Source of the DNA: an uncultured virus (IMG/VR IMGVR_UViG_3300037189_025323)
Taxonomy: Duplodnaviria > Heunggongvirae > Uroviricota > Caudoviricetes
Reading direction: 5' to 3' (one strand)
Virus record (IMG/VR): IMGVR_UViG_3300037189_025323
Span: 52,814-72,813 of that record
DNA length: 20,000 bases
The translations under genes and the position numbers were made by a program. The notes below the pieces were generated by a model. The model was not told where the DNA came from. It was given only the letters and a program-made list of their open reading frames with translations, and searched no databases. Positions 1 to 7,919 of this stretch are shown piece after piece (the stretch's first letter is position 1; each line of letters starts with the position of its first letter).

Positions 1-837
1 CCGATCAATTCCTGTTCCAAAGGAAATGTAGAAGATAGCCTTCTTGAAAGGAGCAGCAGTCTTGTTCTTCTTTACATCTGCCTGAACCTTGCTCCCAACA
101 ATAATCTCTCCATCCTTCTCTTTTGAAATAGAAGAGATATTCACCCGAATAGAAGCGTAATGGCGCAAGGCTCTACCACCGGGAGTTGTTGTTTTATCCC
201 CATACATGACACCAATCTTTTCACGCATCTGATTGGTCCAAAAGATAGTAGTACCCCGCTTACCAGCCTCAGCGCAAAGAATTCGCATTGTTTGAGACAT
301 CAAGCGAGCTTGTTGCCCAACATGTTGATCGCCAATGTCACCATCAAGCTCAGCCTGAGGAGTCAAAGCAGCAACCGAATCGACAATGATAAGACCAACC
401 CCAAGCTGAATCAAATGACGAACAACCTTAAGAGCCTGTTCACCACTTTCAGGCTGATTCACAAGAAGCAAATCAGTATCTACACCCAAATTCCTAGCAT
501 ACTCTTCATCAAATGAAAACTCAGTGTCAACCAAAGCAACATCTTCATCCGGAGCATCTTTTTGGAACTCAGCGATAGCATGCAAGCAGGTAGTGGATTT
601 ACCGCCAGATTCAGGCCCAAAAAGTTCAATAAACCTCCCCTTTGGCCAACCTCCTCCCAATGCAGAATCCAATTCGGGACAACCAGAAGAAAAACGAGCA
701 ATAGGAATAGTATCACCAGAACCCAAAAAGGTAATAATATCCTGGGCTTTTTCAGCCTTCTTAATCGTATCACAAATCTTCCGCAACCGTTCAAACCGCT
801 TTTGCCGATCAGGAGTCATCTGAATATTTGAAGCCAT
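1..837 (-). CDS. recA: Recombinase RecA (3' end runs off the window)
   Basis: Not in the ORF track because its stop codon is outside the window. Manual translation from ATG 837 (RBS AGGAG upstream) gives MASNIQMTPDRQKRF...SSGCPELDSALGGGWPKGRFIELFGPESGGKST (Walker A)...LIIVDSVAALTPQAELDGDIGDQHVGQQARLMSQ...WTNQMREKIGVMYGDKTTTPGGRALRHYASIRV...VKKNKTAAPFK, all canonical RecA motifs. Confidence 0.97.
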   Translation of the reverse strand, partial: MASNIQMTPDRQKRFERLRKICDTIKKAEKAQDIITFLGSGDTIPIARFSSGCPELDSALGGGWPKGRFIELFGPESGGKSTTCLHAIAEFQKDAPDEDVALVDTEFSFDEEYARNLGVDTDLLLVNQPESGEQALKVVRHLIQLGVGLIIVDSVAALTPQAELDGDIGDQHVGQQARLMSQTMRILCAEAGKRGTTIFWTNQMREKIGVMYGDKTTTPGGRALRHYASIRVNISSISKEKDGEIIVGSKVQADVKKNKTAAPFKKAIFYISFGTGIDR

Positions 838-850
838 AAACCACTCTCCT

Positions 851-877
851 AAAAAAGGGGATGGACAATCCATCCCC
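851..877 (-). terminator. Rho-independent terminator after the SSB extension, immediately before the recA RBS
   Basis: Minus strand reads GGGGATGGA-TTG-TCCATCCCC-TTTTTT: a perfect 9-bp stem, 3-nt loop and U6 tract. Confidence 0.85.
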
Positions 878-893
878 CGGTTTAACCTCTATC

Positions 894-1181
894 TCAACCG
901 CCTTTTTTCTGCTCGCACTTAACTGCAAATGGGCATTCTTTGCATTCATGACTCTTCTTGTCATAAGTCCCAAAACATTCCCAGTCTTTTTCAGGATCAA
1001 TGTTTGAGAAATCAAGAGCCGATTTCGAGCTAGCAGAAGACTCTGACTTTAGAACCGGAATCTCTTTCTCCGGTTCTGGCTGGGAAACAGGAGCCGAAAC
1101 TGGCTTAACAGGCTTAGATTCTACAGGAGCAACCTGAGACTGCCTTGACGGTTCCGGCTTTTTCTCCTGAACCTCAGTTAC
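894..1181 (-). CDS. Start-less -1-frame C-terminal extension of the SSB (95 aa; P/E/K/S-rich linker plus C-x10-C-x2-C-x5-C domain)
   Basis: Manual translation: VTEVQEKKPEPSRQSQVAPVESKPVKPVSAPVSQPEPEKEIPVLKSESSASSKSALDFSNIDPEKDWECFGTYDKKSHECKECPFAVKCEQKKGG*. There is no ATG/GTG/TTG in frame. It fills the gap between the SSB stop and the terminator. Confidence 0.8.
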   Translation of the reverse strand, partial: VTEVQEKKPEPSRQSQVAPVESKPVKPVSAPVSQPEPEKEIPVLKSESSASSKSALDFSNIDPEKDWECFGTYDKKSHECKECPFAVKCEQKKGG

Positions 1182-2179
1182 TTTTTTTTTACACCCGAAG
1201 AACCACCAATTGCATCCTCATCCTCATCACCAAGAGCATCATCTTGCTCTTCCTCTTCAGCCATCTTCCGGGGAATCTTCCCAGCAGACTTAGGAGGAGT
1301 AGCAGGAGCAGCTTCCTCCTCTCCAGAATTCAGATCCAGCAACTCCCGAAGATCAGGATGGAGTGCATCCATAAGCAAATCAAAAGCTGTTTGCTTACCA
1401 CAAATGGTCTTCAAATCATGGAGATCCCAAGAACGCTCTTCAGCAGTCAAAGGAGTAACCTTGACGGAAAGAGGCTTCCCAAACAATACAGCCTTAGCTG
1501 CATAAGTAGTCTTAGCCCCACTCCCCTTGGTAACACAGATATCAATGCCTTCATCAGTATCAGTGATATCAAAACCACACTGATTGAAGACACCTTCGAT
1601 ATCACGCCACAATTCCTTTCCAACCGTAGCAATCTTCAAACCAGGGACCTTGATTTCGTTCCCATTATCAACCTTGATGATATACGGGTCATCACGATCA
1701 ATAATGTTCCACTTCAAAGCAACACGAGCATAAGAAGCCTGCTTAAGAGCCTCAAAGAACTTCTTCTCTTCAGCGTTGGGGTTCTCCTTAAGAGCCTGTT
1801 TTGCCAAAGCAGAAAGCTTGCAGAAGGGGCAAGTACGATCCTTCTTCATTTCTTCCTTGGCAATGTCCCAATCAAGGCAATTCACCGTAGCGGGAATCTT
1901 CCCTTCACCCTGAAAAGACTTGCCTTGGCACAGCCCACGTTCCCCACGTTTCGGATTGGGACAAACATAGTGAGTATGAACCTCAGTCATTTCCCCAACC
2001 AGACGGACAATGTTATCAGCATCTTTCCAAGAATGGAAGATACCCCGGAAAGAACTGAAGTTAGTCCGAACCGGTTCCCGTTCCTTCATCCGACGAATCT
2101 TGTCCAGTACGCTACTCATGACGCTACTCCCTTGTTTGCCTTTTTTTACCTTGGCATTAGCCTTGAAGTTTTTCCTCAT
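1178..2179 (-). CDS. Single-stranded DNA-binding protein, T4 gp32-like (start may be the ATG at 2119)
   Basis: N-terminal NIVRLVG strand, Cys/His cluster (HTHYVC...CPFC), DITDTDEGIDICVTKGSGAKTTY segment typical of gp32-like SSBs, and acidic tail EEEEQDDALGDEDED. Lies between a UvsY-like gene and recA. GGGAG precedes the ATG at 2119. Confidence 0.75.
   Translation of the reverse strand: MRKNFKANAKVKKGKQGSSVMSSVLDKIRRMKEREPVRTNFSSFRGIFHSWKDADNIVRLVGEMTEVHTHYVCPNPKRGERGLCQGKSFQGEGKIPATVNCLDWDIAKEEMKKDRTCPFCKLSALAKQALKENPNAEEKKFFEALKQASYARVALKWNIIDRDDPYIIKVDNGNEIKVPGLKIATVGKELWRDIEGVFNQCGFDITDTDEGIDICVTKGSGAKTTYAAKAVLFGKPLSVKVTPLTAEERSWDLHDLKTICGKQTAFDLLMDALHPDLRELLDLNSGEEEAAPATPPKSAGKIPRKMAEEEEQDDALGDEDEDAIGGSSGVKKK
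1181..1190 (-). other. Slippery site: A9G run containing the heptamer A AAA AAG, directly followed by the frame-0 stop TAA
   Basis: Minus strand GGT GTA AAA AAA AAG TAA CTG; the -1 frame reads AAA AAA AAA GTA ACT GAG and is open for 95 further codons. Confidence 0.7.
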
Positions 2180-2738
2180 GCCTTTGCCTAATCACAGATT
2201 TAACCCTACTAACACTGCTTGTCATCGAACCCGTATTCCTTGCCTTTTCCTCAGACAAAGAGGAATTAGAGTTATAGTTTTCCATGTTGTTTAAATTGGC
2301 ATATTCACGGATCGTAAAGGATTTTTGCCTCCAAGCCTCAAGATATGAATCCATCGTATCATAATCAAATTGAGCTTCCTCAATCCGCCTTTCCCAATCC
2401 TCAATCTGAATCTCATTATCAACGATGAATCTTGCCTCAATATCTGCTACGGTGGTTTTCCCGGTTCCAGCACCAAGACTAGCCTTAGCTTCTGCATATT
2501 TCTTCTTAGACCAACGATCATAAGCCTTCTTTAAATTACTCAACTGCCTACTAGCTTCCTTCTTCACTGCACCATAATAAGCAATTGCGTTTGGTTGCAT
2601 AATAACATGCATATCCAAATCAAGCTTACTAACGTCAAGAAGATCTGGACCTGCATCCTCAAGACGAATCCCACAAATGTCTTGCTGGCCTAATTTCATA
2701 GACATTTCAGCAATATTTTGAATCACAGCCATTGTCAT
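2157..2738 (-). CDS. UvsY-like recombination mediator (coiled coil), 193 aa
   Basis: Start reassigned to ATG 2738 (RBS AAAGGAG upstream). Helical protein; LEAWRQKSFTIREY resembles the T4 UvsY C-terminal LDAIKSRGFAIKHI. Adjacent to SSB and RecA. Confidence 0.6.
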   Translation of the reverse strand: MTMAVIQNIAEMSMKLGQQDICGIRLEDAGPDLLDVSKLDLDMHVIMQPNAIAYYGAVKKEASRQLSNLKKAYDRWSKKKYAEAKASLGAGTGKTTVADIEARFIVDNEIQIEDWERRIEEAQFDYDTMDSYLEAWRQKSFTIREYANLNNMENYNSNSSLSEEKARNTGSMTSSVSRVKSVIRQRHEEKLQG

Positions 2739-2748
2739 AAAAACTCCT

Positions 2749-3435
2749 TTACTGATTCGACTTAATCTGATTTTCCAAAATCTGAACTTCCTTCCTGAAC
2801 TCTGCAATCATTATACCCTTGTCCCGAAACTTTTTTAGGATTTCCAAAACTTTTGTTCTAATTTCCATATCTTCTGTAGAACGAGCAACAACCCTAGCCC
2901 GATTAATCAAATTAATGCTTTCAGATTGCTGCATAAACTCTTCTTTTTTCGTCTTAATTGCATCCTTATTGTCATAGATAAAGGTGTTCCAAGCTTTTGA
3001 AGAAACAGCAGTCGTAAATTCCGGAGGATTCAAGTATTGACGCTCTTCAAGATAGTCATCGAAAAACCAAGCCAAGTAAAAATCTGCATCAATGTGATTT
3101 TGACTAATTTTCCCGGAAATAAACTGGTCAATCATTTTAGAATCAAGAGGTTTTATGGTGTTAGGATATTCATATCCCAAATTAACCAAAAACCGATTCT
3201 TGAAGCTTGAAATAAACCTCTTTTTCTCATCGTTAACCGGATTCTTAACGGGTCCCTTATCCTTCTCATACAAATGAACGTCAGCCGCTCTTGCTAACAA
3301 TTCAATTTGATGATGAAGCTCAGGAATCTTATTTATCCCACAAAGCTCAGAAAACGAATAAACCATCCCAATGAAATATTCTACGTTGTTCTTAGGAACC
3401 GGAACCCTAAACACATTTTCTTTCTCGCTCATCAA
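2749..3435 (-). CDS. Hypothetical protein, 228 aa
   Basis: Long ORF on the coding strand overlapping the upstream gene; no motif recognised. Confidence 0.75.
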   Translation of the reverse strand: MMSEKENVFRVPVPKNNVEYFIGMVYSFSELCGINKIPELHHQIELLARAADVHLYEKDKGPVKNPVNDEKKRFISSFKNRFLVNLGYEYPNTIKPLDSKMIDQFISGKISQNHIDADFYLAWFFDDYLEERQYLNPPEFTTAVSSKAWNTFIYDNKDAIKTKKEEFMQQSESINLINRARVVARSTEDMEIRTKVLEILKKFRDKGIMIAEFRKEVQILENQIKSNQ

Positions 3436-3865
3436 AATACTCCTTGACTTGACTAACTATATTTTGATCCTGATCAAATAATAACGGGAACAAACAATCA
3501 ACATTTCCCGAACGTCTAAACATGGCGATAGCTTCTTGCTTCATCATAGAATCATTTGATTCTAAAATCCCAACTAGATCTTCAAGATTTCCCCCTCGCT
3601 TCCCTAGATGCCTCATAGCCTCAAATACAATTGATTTATCTTGCTCGTCTCTCAACACATTAAACAACAAACTAACATTCCCCTTTGCCCCTATAATCCT
3701 AATTGCAGCCATCCGTACAAGGGAATCTACATGATTTAAAAAAGGCTCTATCGGGGAAACATCAACTTTTATGCACTTCAAGATATTACGAATATCACTT
3801 TCGTAAACCTTTCCGGATTTAAGCCGGGATGCACAAGTCAAAACAGCCCTTTCAGGAAAAGTCAT
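3407..3865 (-). CDS. HEAT/PBS-lyase-like repeat protein
   Basis: Roughly 30-aa repeats: LNHVDSLVRMAAIRIIG, LRDEQDKSIVFEAMRHLG, LESNDSMMKQEAIAMFR, LFDQDQNIVSQV. Confidence 0.75.
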   Translation of the reverse strand: MTFPERAVLTCASRLKSGKVYESDIRNILKCIKVDVSPIEPFLNHVDSLVRMAAIRIIGAKGNVSLLFNVLRDEQDKSIVFEAMRHLGKRGGNLEDLVGILESNDSMMKQEAIAMFRRSGNVDCLFPLLFDQDQNIVSQVKEYFDERERKCV

Positions 3866-4838
3866 ATCCCTCTCCTAGAACATCTGTAAGGTCCATATGC
3901 TCTTTAGACTCCAATAATTCCTTACGATTGCTAATACCCCTATCCTTTAGGGCTATTGCCTGTCCCTTTGTTATACCGCCGATTTTGATAAGTTTGACAA
4001 GCTCCGAAGAAATTGCTTTTTTAGACCTAAGCAAAAGATCATCAAAAAAACTCTGCATTCCCCAATTAGATACATCAGAATCAATAGCAGAAAGAACCTT
4101 GTAAATTCTTCCAAAGTCACTCTTTAACTCGATTGATTGATTCTTTAACTTGCCAACCGGAGGACCACCAAAAACATGCCACCATAAAAGAACAGTCAAT
4201 ACACAACCATCATCTATCTCCAAGGGAACAGGAAGACGGTTGCGACAATCCTCTATTATCTCACCCAACTTGCTACAATCACCAGAACGACGATTGTTCC
4301 TTACATTACCCAAAGCCCAAGCCAAGGCAAGATCATCATTCTCTAAGCCAAGCTCAAAAATGAAAGAGAAATTATTCTTCCAATCACAAACATCTGAAGA
4401 ATGGAAATAATAAGAAGCAGTAATACTCCCCAGAGGAGTAATCTTTACGAAATTACCATCCCAAATTACACAACCATGCTCAGACAAAAACTCAAAAATC
4501 TTTTCCCACTTAACCTCAAATCCAAGATAAGAATGAAAACTTCTTTCATGCCATAACTCAGCACTAACTACATCCAAAACTTCTTCTGATGCAATCTCAG
4601 GAAGAATATGAAAAGCCAAAAGATTCTTTTTACTCAAGACAGAAGATATGCTCAACTCACTTGCAAGATTTAATCCATTCTCTACATAATCAGCATCGCT
4701 TTCAGCCACAATTAAATCAGCATGGCACTCCCCTAACTCATGCCCTCTTCCCGCTCGTCCGCACATTTGGCGTAAACTTCCAATGGGAATTCTCTCACCA
4801 CGCCGACTTGCGCCAACAATAATTACTCTATCAGCCAT
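3852..4838 (-). CDS. Ski2/Hel308-like SF2 helicase, C-terminal half (motif VI, probable winged-helix/ratchet region, HhH)
   Basis: Begins MADRVIIVG (compare Hel308 ...GVNL-PARRVII), has motif VI QMCGRAGR and a C-terminal HhH-like LIKIGGITKGQAIALKDRGI. Confidence 0.88.
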   Translation of the reverse strand: MADRVIIVGASRRGERIPIGSLRQMCGRAGRGHELGECHADLIVAESDADYVENGLNLASELSISSVLSKKNLLAFHILPEIASEEVLDVVSAELWHERSFHSYLGFEVKWEKIFEFLSEHGCVIWDGNFVKITPLGSITASYYFHSSDVCDWKNNFSFIFELGLENDDLALAWALGNVRNNRRSGDCSKLGEIIEDCRNRLPVPLEIDDGCVLTVLLWWHVFGGPPVGKLKNQSIELKSDFGRIYKVLSAIDSDVSNWGMQSFFDDLLLRSKKAISSELVKLIKIGGITKGQAIALKDRGISNRKELLESKEHMDLTDVLGEGYDFS

Positions 4839-5385
4839 TTTGTGAAATAAACTCCCGAATCTTCTTTAAGTCTTTAATAAAAAGATCTCTAGTCTCCACA
4901 TTGTTCATCACCAAAGGAGAAGGATGCAACAAAGGAAGAACCGGAATCATATATCGGGAAGAAATAATAAACTTCCCATGATGCTTCATCAAGCCATGCA
5001 TCCCTGTTAATGACTCGAAAGCTGATGATCCCAAAGTAACAATCAAAACTGGATTGACTTCCTTTATCTCTCTATCAAGATGAACTCGACAAGCTGAAAA
5101 ATTCTGCTCTGTAAGTAAATACTTTTCCGGAACCAAACACCGAATTACATTTGAAAAATAAAAGAATGAACGGTTTAGCCCAACATGTTCTTTTATTGCT
5201 TCATCAAAATTCTTACCAGAAACCCCAACGAAAGGCTCTCCCTCCCTTACCTCGTCCTTTCCCGGACTCTGACCAATAACCATGATAGAAGCTTGTTCAT
5301 TCATATTAGAAAAAACAACTCCCCTGCCACCTAAAGGGCAAGCTTTACAAGACAAACAATTTTCTTTAATTTCCTGCAAAGACAT
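4831..5385 (-). CDS. Uracil-DNA glycosylase, family 4 (Fe-S type)
   Basis: CLSCKACPL, MVIGQSPGKDEVREGEPFVGVSG, SNVIRC, ACR, LIVTLG and LLHPS motifs. Confidence 0.92.
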   Translation of the reverse strand: MSLQEIKENCLSCKACPLGGRGVVFSNMNEQASIMVIGQSPGKDEVREGEPFVGVSGKNFDEAIKEHVGLNRSFFYFSNVIRCLVPEKYLLTEQNFSACRVHLDREIKEVNPVLIVTLGSSAFESLTGMHGLMKHHGKFIISSRYMIPVLPLLHPSPLVMNNVETRDLFIKDLKKIREFISQNG

Positions 5386-5396
5386 AAAACACCATA

Positions 5397-6314
5397 TTAT
5401 AAATTTACACCCGCACCCAAAGTGCTTGTTGAGACCAAAATATCCAATCCAGATCTTGGATCAGAAAAAGCTTTTTCTATTTTGTTTCTTAAAGCAAATG
5501 ACAAAGAAGCATTATGGAAAGCAGATCTAAAACCGGAAGATTTCAACCTCTTGCATATATCAGCACCAAGAACCTTTGAATGAACAAAAATAATGATCTT
5601 CCCTTCATTATTAGAAGCAAGCTCAACAGCCTTATCTATCTTATCCTGATATCCATCCTCTACCACATGAATTTCAGTAGTAATAGCTGTTGGTCTCCAA
5701 CTACTAGTAAAACATTTCGTTGTTTTACCATTCAGCTTCTTCAACCACTTCGCCAAATCTATAGCATTACCCAGCGTAGCAGAAAGAAGAATAATCCTCG
5801 CTTGAGGATTTATCTTGGTTATTCTCATCAATGATGTCTCTATCGAACCATTTCTTTCCCCCATGATATGAGCCTCATCAACTACAACACAAGTAATTGA
5901 ATTGACCCAATCCCGGTACCGACTTCCCCGAACCTTTGAATCAAAAGACTCTGAGGTTACAATCGACAATCTCCCCTGTATGAATTCCTCAGGAGTAGTT
6001 CCATGGTCACTAGTGCTAATAACCACAGAGTACTTAGACAATTGATCGTTCGCTTTCCAAGCCTTAAACTTTTCCTCACTAAGGCTACGGAAAGGACAGA
6101 CAAAGACAACCCTAGCCGAATCATTTTGACTTAAGTGATAAGCAAAAGCACATTCGGCTAAGACTGTCTTCCCTGTTGCTGTTCCAAATGCTGCAACCAC
6201 GTTCATATCTTTATCAATGAACGGAATTACAGCACTTTGGACCGGATTATATTCCGGAAAAGGAGGCTGATAATAAGGAAAGTCAATCGTATACATATTA
6301 GAGAACAGCGTCAA
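5397..6314 (-). CDS. Ski2/Hel308-like SF2 helicase, N-terminal half (Q motif to motif V)
   Basis: YNPVQ (Q motif), GTATGKT (I), CPFRSL (Ia), DEAH (II), SAT (III), IFVHSK (IV), AFHNASL, and LVSTSTLGAGVNL* (V), ending at TAA. Alternative start ATG 6296. Confidence 0.92.
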   Translation of the reverse strand: MTLFSNMYTIDFPYYQPPFPEYNPVQSAVIPFIDKDMNVVAAFGTATGKTVLAECAFAYHLSQNDSARVVFVCPFRSLSEEKFKAWKANDQLSKYSVVISTSDHGTTPEEFIQGRLSIVTSESFDSKVRGSRYRDWVNSITCVVVDEAHIMGERNGSIETSLMRITKINPQARIILLSATLGNAIDLAKWLKKLNGKTTKCFTSSWRPTAITTEIHVVEDGYQDKIDKAVELASNNEGKIIIFVHSKVLGADICKRLKSSGFRSAFHNASLSFALRNKIEKAFSDPRSGLDILVSTSTLGAGVNL

Positions 6315-7056
6315 AGATTTCTTGAATCTTCTTGGTCTTCTCTTGATACGAAAGCCTTTCTTTCGTTGGCTTCCCTCCCTTTACCTTCACTGTCTTAAAA
6401 TAAGAAAACTCCTTCTTAACCCCGTCCTTATTCATGAAAACAGCATCACCAGATGCCTTTTGAAGGACAACCTGCAAACCCTTATCCTCTCCATAAATGA
6501 AGAGATAGACATCAGAACCAAACCCACCCTTAACATTCGGCTCTACTCCAAGCTTTTCCTTCAACATGTTAATGATAGGAAGCTGATCCAAATCATCCTT
6601 CTGAGGCTCCACAACCAACACAGGAGCAACTTCCGGGACAATCGCAAGAACCTTTGGCTCTTCCTTTTTTACCTCAATCTTAATTTCTTCAACAGGAACA
6701 TCCTCTTCCTGTTTTTTCACAACCTCAACATCAGCCGTCCTAACAGGAGTCGCCAAAATTTCTGGCTTAACCACTTTCTTATGGACAGGAGAAGAGGACG
6801 CAACACACCCAGAAGCAACAACAGGAGCCACAGGAGTAGCAATAACCACAGGAGCAGGAGTAACTGTAGCTACCGGCTTTGCCTTAGCAGGAGAAGCCTG
6901 TAGCGTGTTAATATTGACAGTAGCCTCCAGACACGCTTGGAAAACCAAGCACTGTGAGCATTCCTTGGCTTTCTTATCAAAATGTCCCCAGCAAGTAGCC
7001 GAATGATGAACCTTTGCTCCAGCAACAACACTCTTCTCAGCCTCTTCCGTTCCCAT
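6298..7056 (-). CDS. Hypothetical protein with N-terminal 4-Cys motif and P/A/V/E/K-rich linker
   Basis: CWGHFDKKAKECSQCLVFQAC at 6931-6993, low-complexity middle and a small C-terminal domain; RBS AGGAG upstream. Confidence 0.8.
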   Translation of the reverse strand: MGTEEAEKSVVAGAKVHHSATCWGHFDKKAKECSQCLVFQACLEATVNINTLQASPAKAKPVATVTPAPVVIATPVAPVVASGCVASSSPVHKKVVKPEILATPVRTADVEVVKKQEEDVPVEEIKIEVKKEEPKVLAIVPEVAPVLVVEPQKDDLDQLPIINMLKEKLGVEPNVKGGFGSDVYLFIYGEDKGLQVVLQKASGDAVFMNKDGVKKEFSYFKTVKVKGGKPTKERLSYQEKTKKIQEIFDAVL

Positions 7057-7087
7057 TTTTTTACATCTCCTCTTCTCTTCAGTTAAA

Positions 7088-7855
7088 TCACAACCCGAAT
7101 CTCTCAGAAAAAAAAGGTCTCACAACCTCTTTCATAAAGAGGTGAACCTCATTGTAAGATCTTCCAGCAACACGAGCAGACTTGGCAATACAAACAGCAT
7201 CGGGCATGCAATACCCAGCCTCCTTTGTATTACCAAATAAAGCAGTCAAGAAGCCCTCCCAAGCCGGGAACTCTTCTTTCAAGTCATCAATGGCTGATAC
7301 CATTTCAGCAAAAAGAAAAGAATCACCTTCTTTCTTGCCAATTAAATTAGTATCATCGTCAACCGGCTGAAAAACGTCAATATACCTCTTAGTCTTCTCG
7401 CACTGATGGCGAAGGATGTTTTCACAAACCGTCCAAACCCAAGTAGAGAACTCGTACTTTGGATCATACTTGTGAAGCATCTTGACGATTCGATTAAAAC
7501 AAATACCTCCCAAGTCCTTCACGTCATCTAATTTGCAAGTGATTGCATATTTATTAGCCAACTTCCAAACCAATTTATTTATTGATTCATAGAAAGCATC
7601 GCCAATATAAGCACTACTTTTGTGACACTTGCAGTTTTTGTCCTCACAAACAAACTTGCCAGAAAGAATGGCAACAGCATGCTTCTGAGTGACAGGGACC
7701 CGGACAATGGGGGAAGATTCGACAAGGTGAGAGTGATTAGCCATAGCTAAATGGCAACGACAATTCGGGTCTTTACACCGATTGGTCCCATTAAAATAAC
7801 TAACCAAATCAAGGAGAGAAACAGGGAAACGAGCAATATTGTCTGACATACCCAC
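7088..7855 (-). CDS. Sigma-70-family (region 2) RNA polymerase sigma-like factor with a duplicated Cys/His N-terminal domain
   Basis: KLVWKLANKY...DVKDL...KYDPKYEFSTWVWTVCENILRH matches sigma region 2, with a possible C-terminal HTH. Start is GTG 7855 or ATG 7849. Confidence 0.7.
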   Translation of the reverse strand: MGMSDNIARFPVSLLDLVSYFNGTNRCKDPNCRCHLAMANHSHLVESSPIVRVPVTQKHAVAILSGKFVCEDKNCKCHKSSAYIGDAFYESINKLVWKLANKYAITCKLDDVKDLGGICFNRIVKMLHKYDPKYEFSTWVWTVCENILRHQCEKTKRYIDVFQPVDDDTNLIGKKEGDSFLFAEMVSAIDDLKEEFPAWEGFLTALFGNTKEAGYCMPDAVCIAKSARVAGRSYNEVHLFMKEVVRPFFSERFGL

Positions 7856-7919
7856 GCCTTTTTTCTACAAGCCGATAATTCGGCAGCCTATTCAAAGCCT
7901 AATAAAGCCAACCACTCAA

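Noticed and set aside
809..1015. 68-aa minus-strand ORF in the ORF track
   Set aside because: It runs through the terminator and into recA; another frame of the same DNA encodes the convincing 4-Cys SSB extension.
1145..2191. 348-aa plus-strand ORF, and the other plus-strand ORFs in the track
   Set aside because: Antisense shadows of well-supported minus-strand genes, with no motifs and atypical composition.
2739..2807. N-terminal 23 codons of the 216-aa ORF
   Set aside because: They overlap the upstream gene; ATG 2738 has a strong AAAGGAG RBS.
4839..5399. Self-splicing intron or split intein rejoining the helicase halves
   Set aside because: The insert is filled by the UDG ORF with only 14 other nt including the stop codon. 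No U|...G junction restores the motif without losing residues, and neither half carries intein N- or C-terminal blocks.
5385..5399. Stop-codon readthrough or alternative genetic code fusing the helicase N-half to UDG
   Set aside because: UDG is out of frame with the N-half, the stop is TAA, and TAA, TAG and TGA all terminate otherwise complete genes in the window.
7871..7884. Small hairpin GCCGA-ATTA-TCGGC between the primase and sigma genes
   Set aside because: Only a 5-bp stem with no U tract; too weak to call a terminator or operator.
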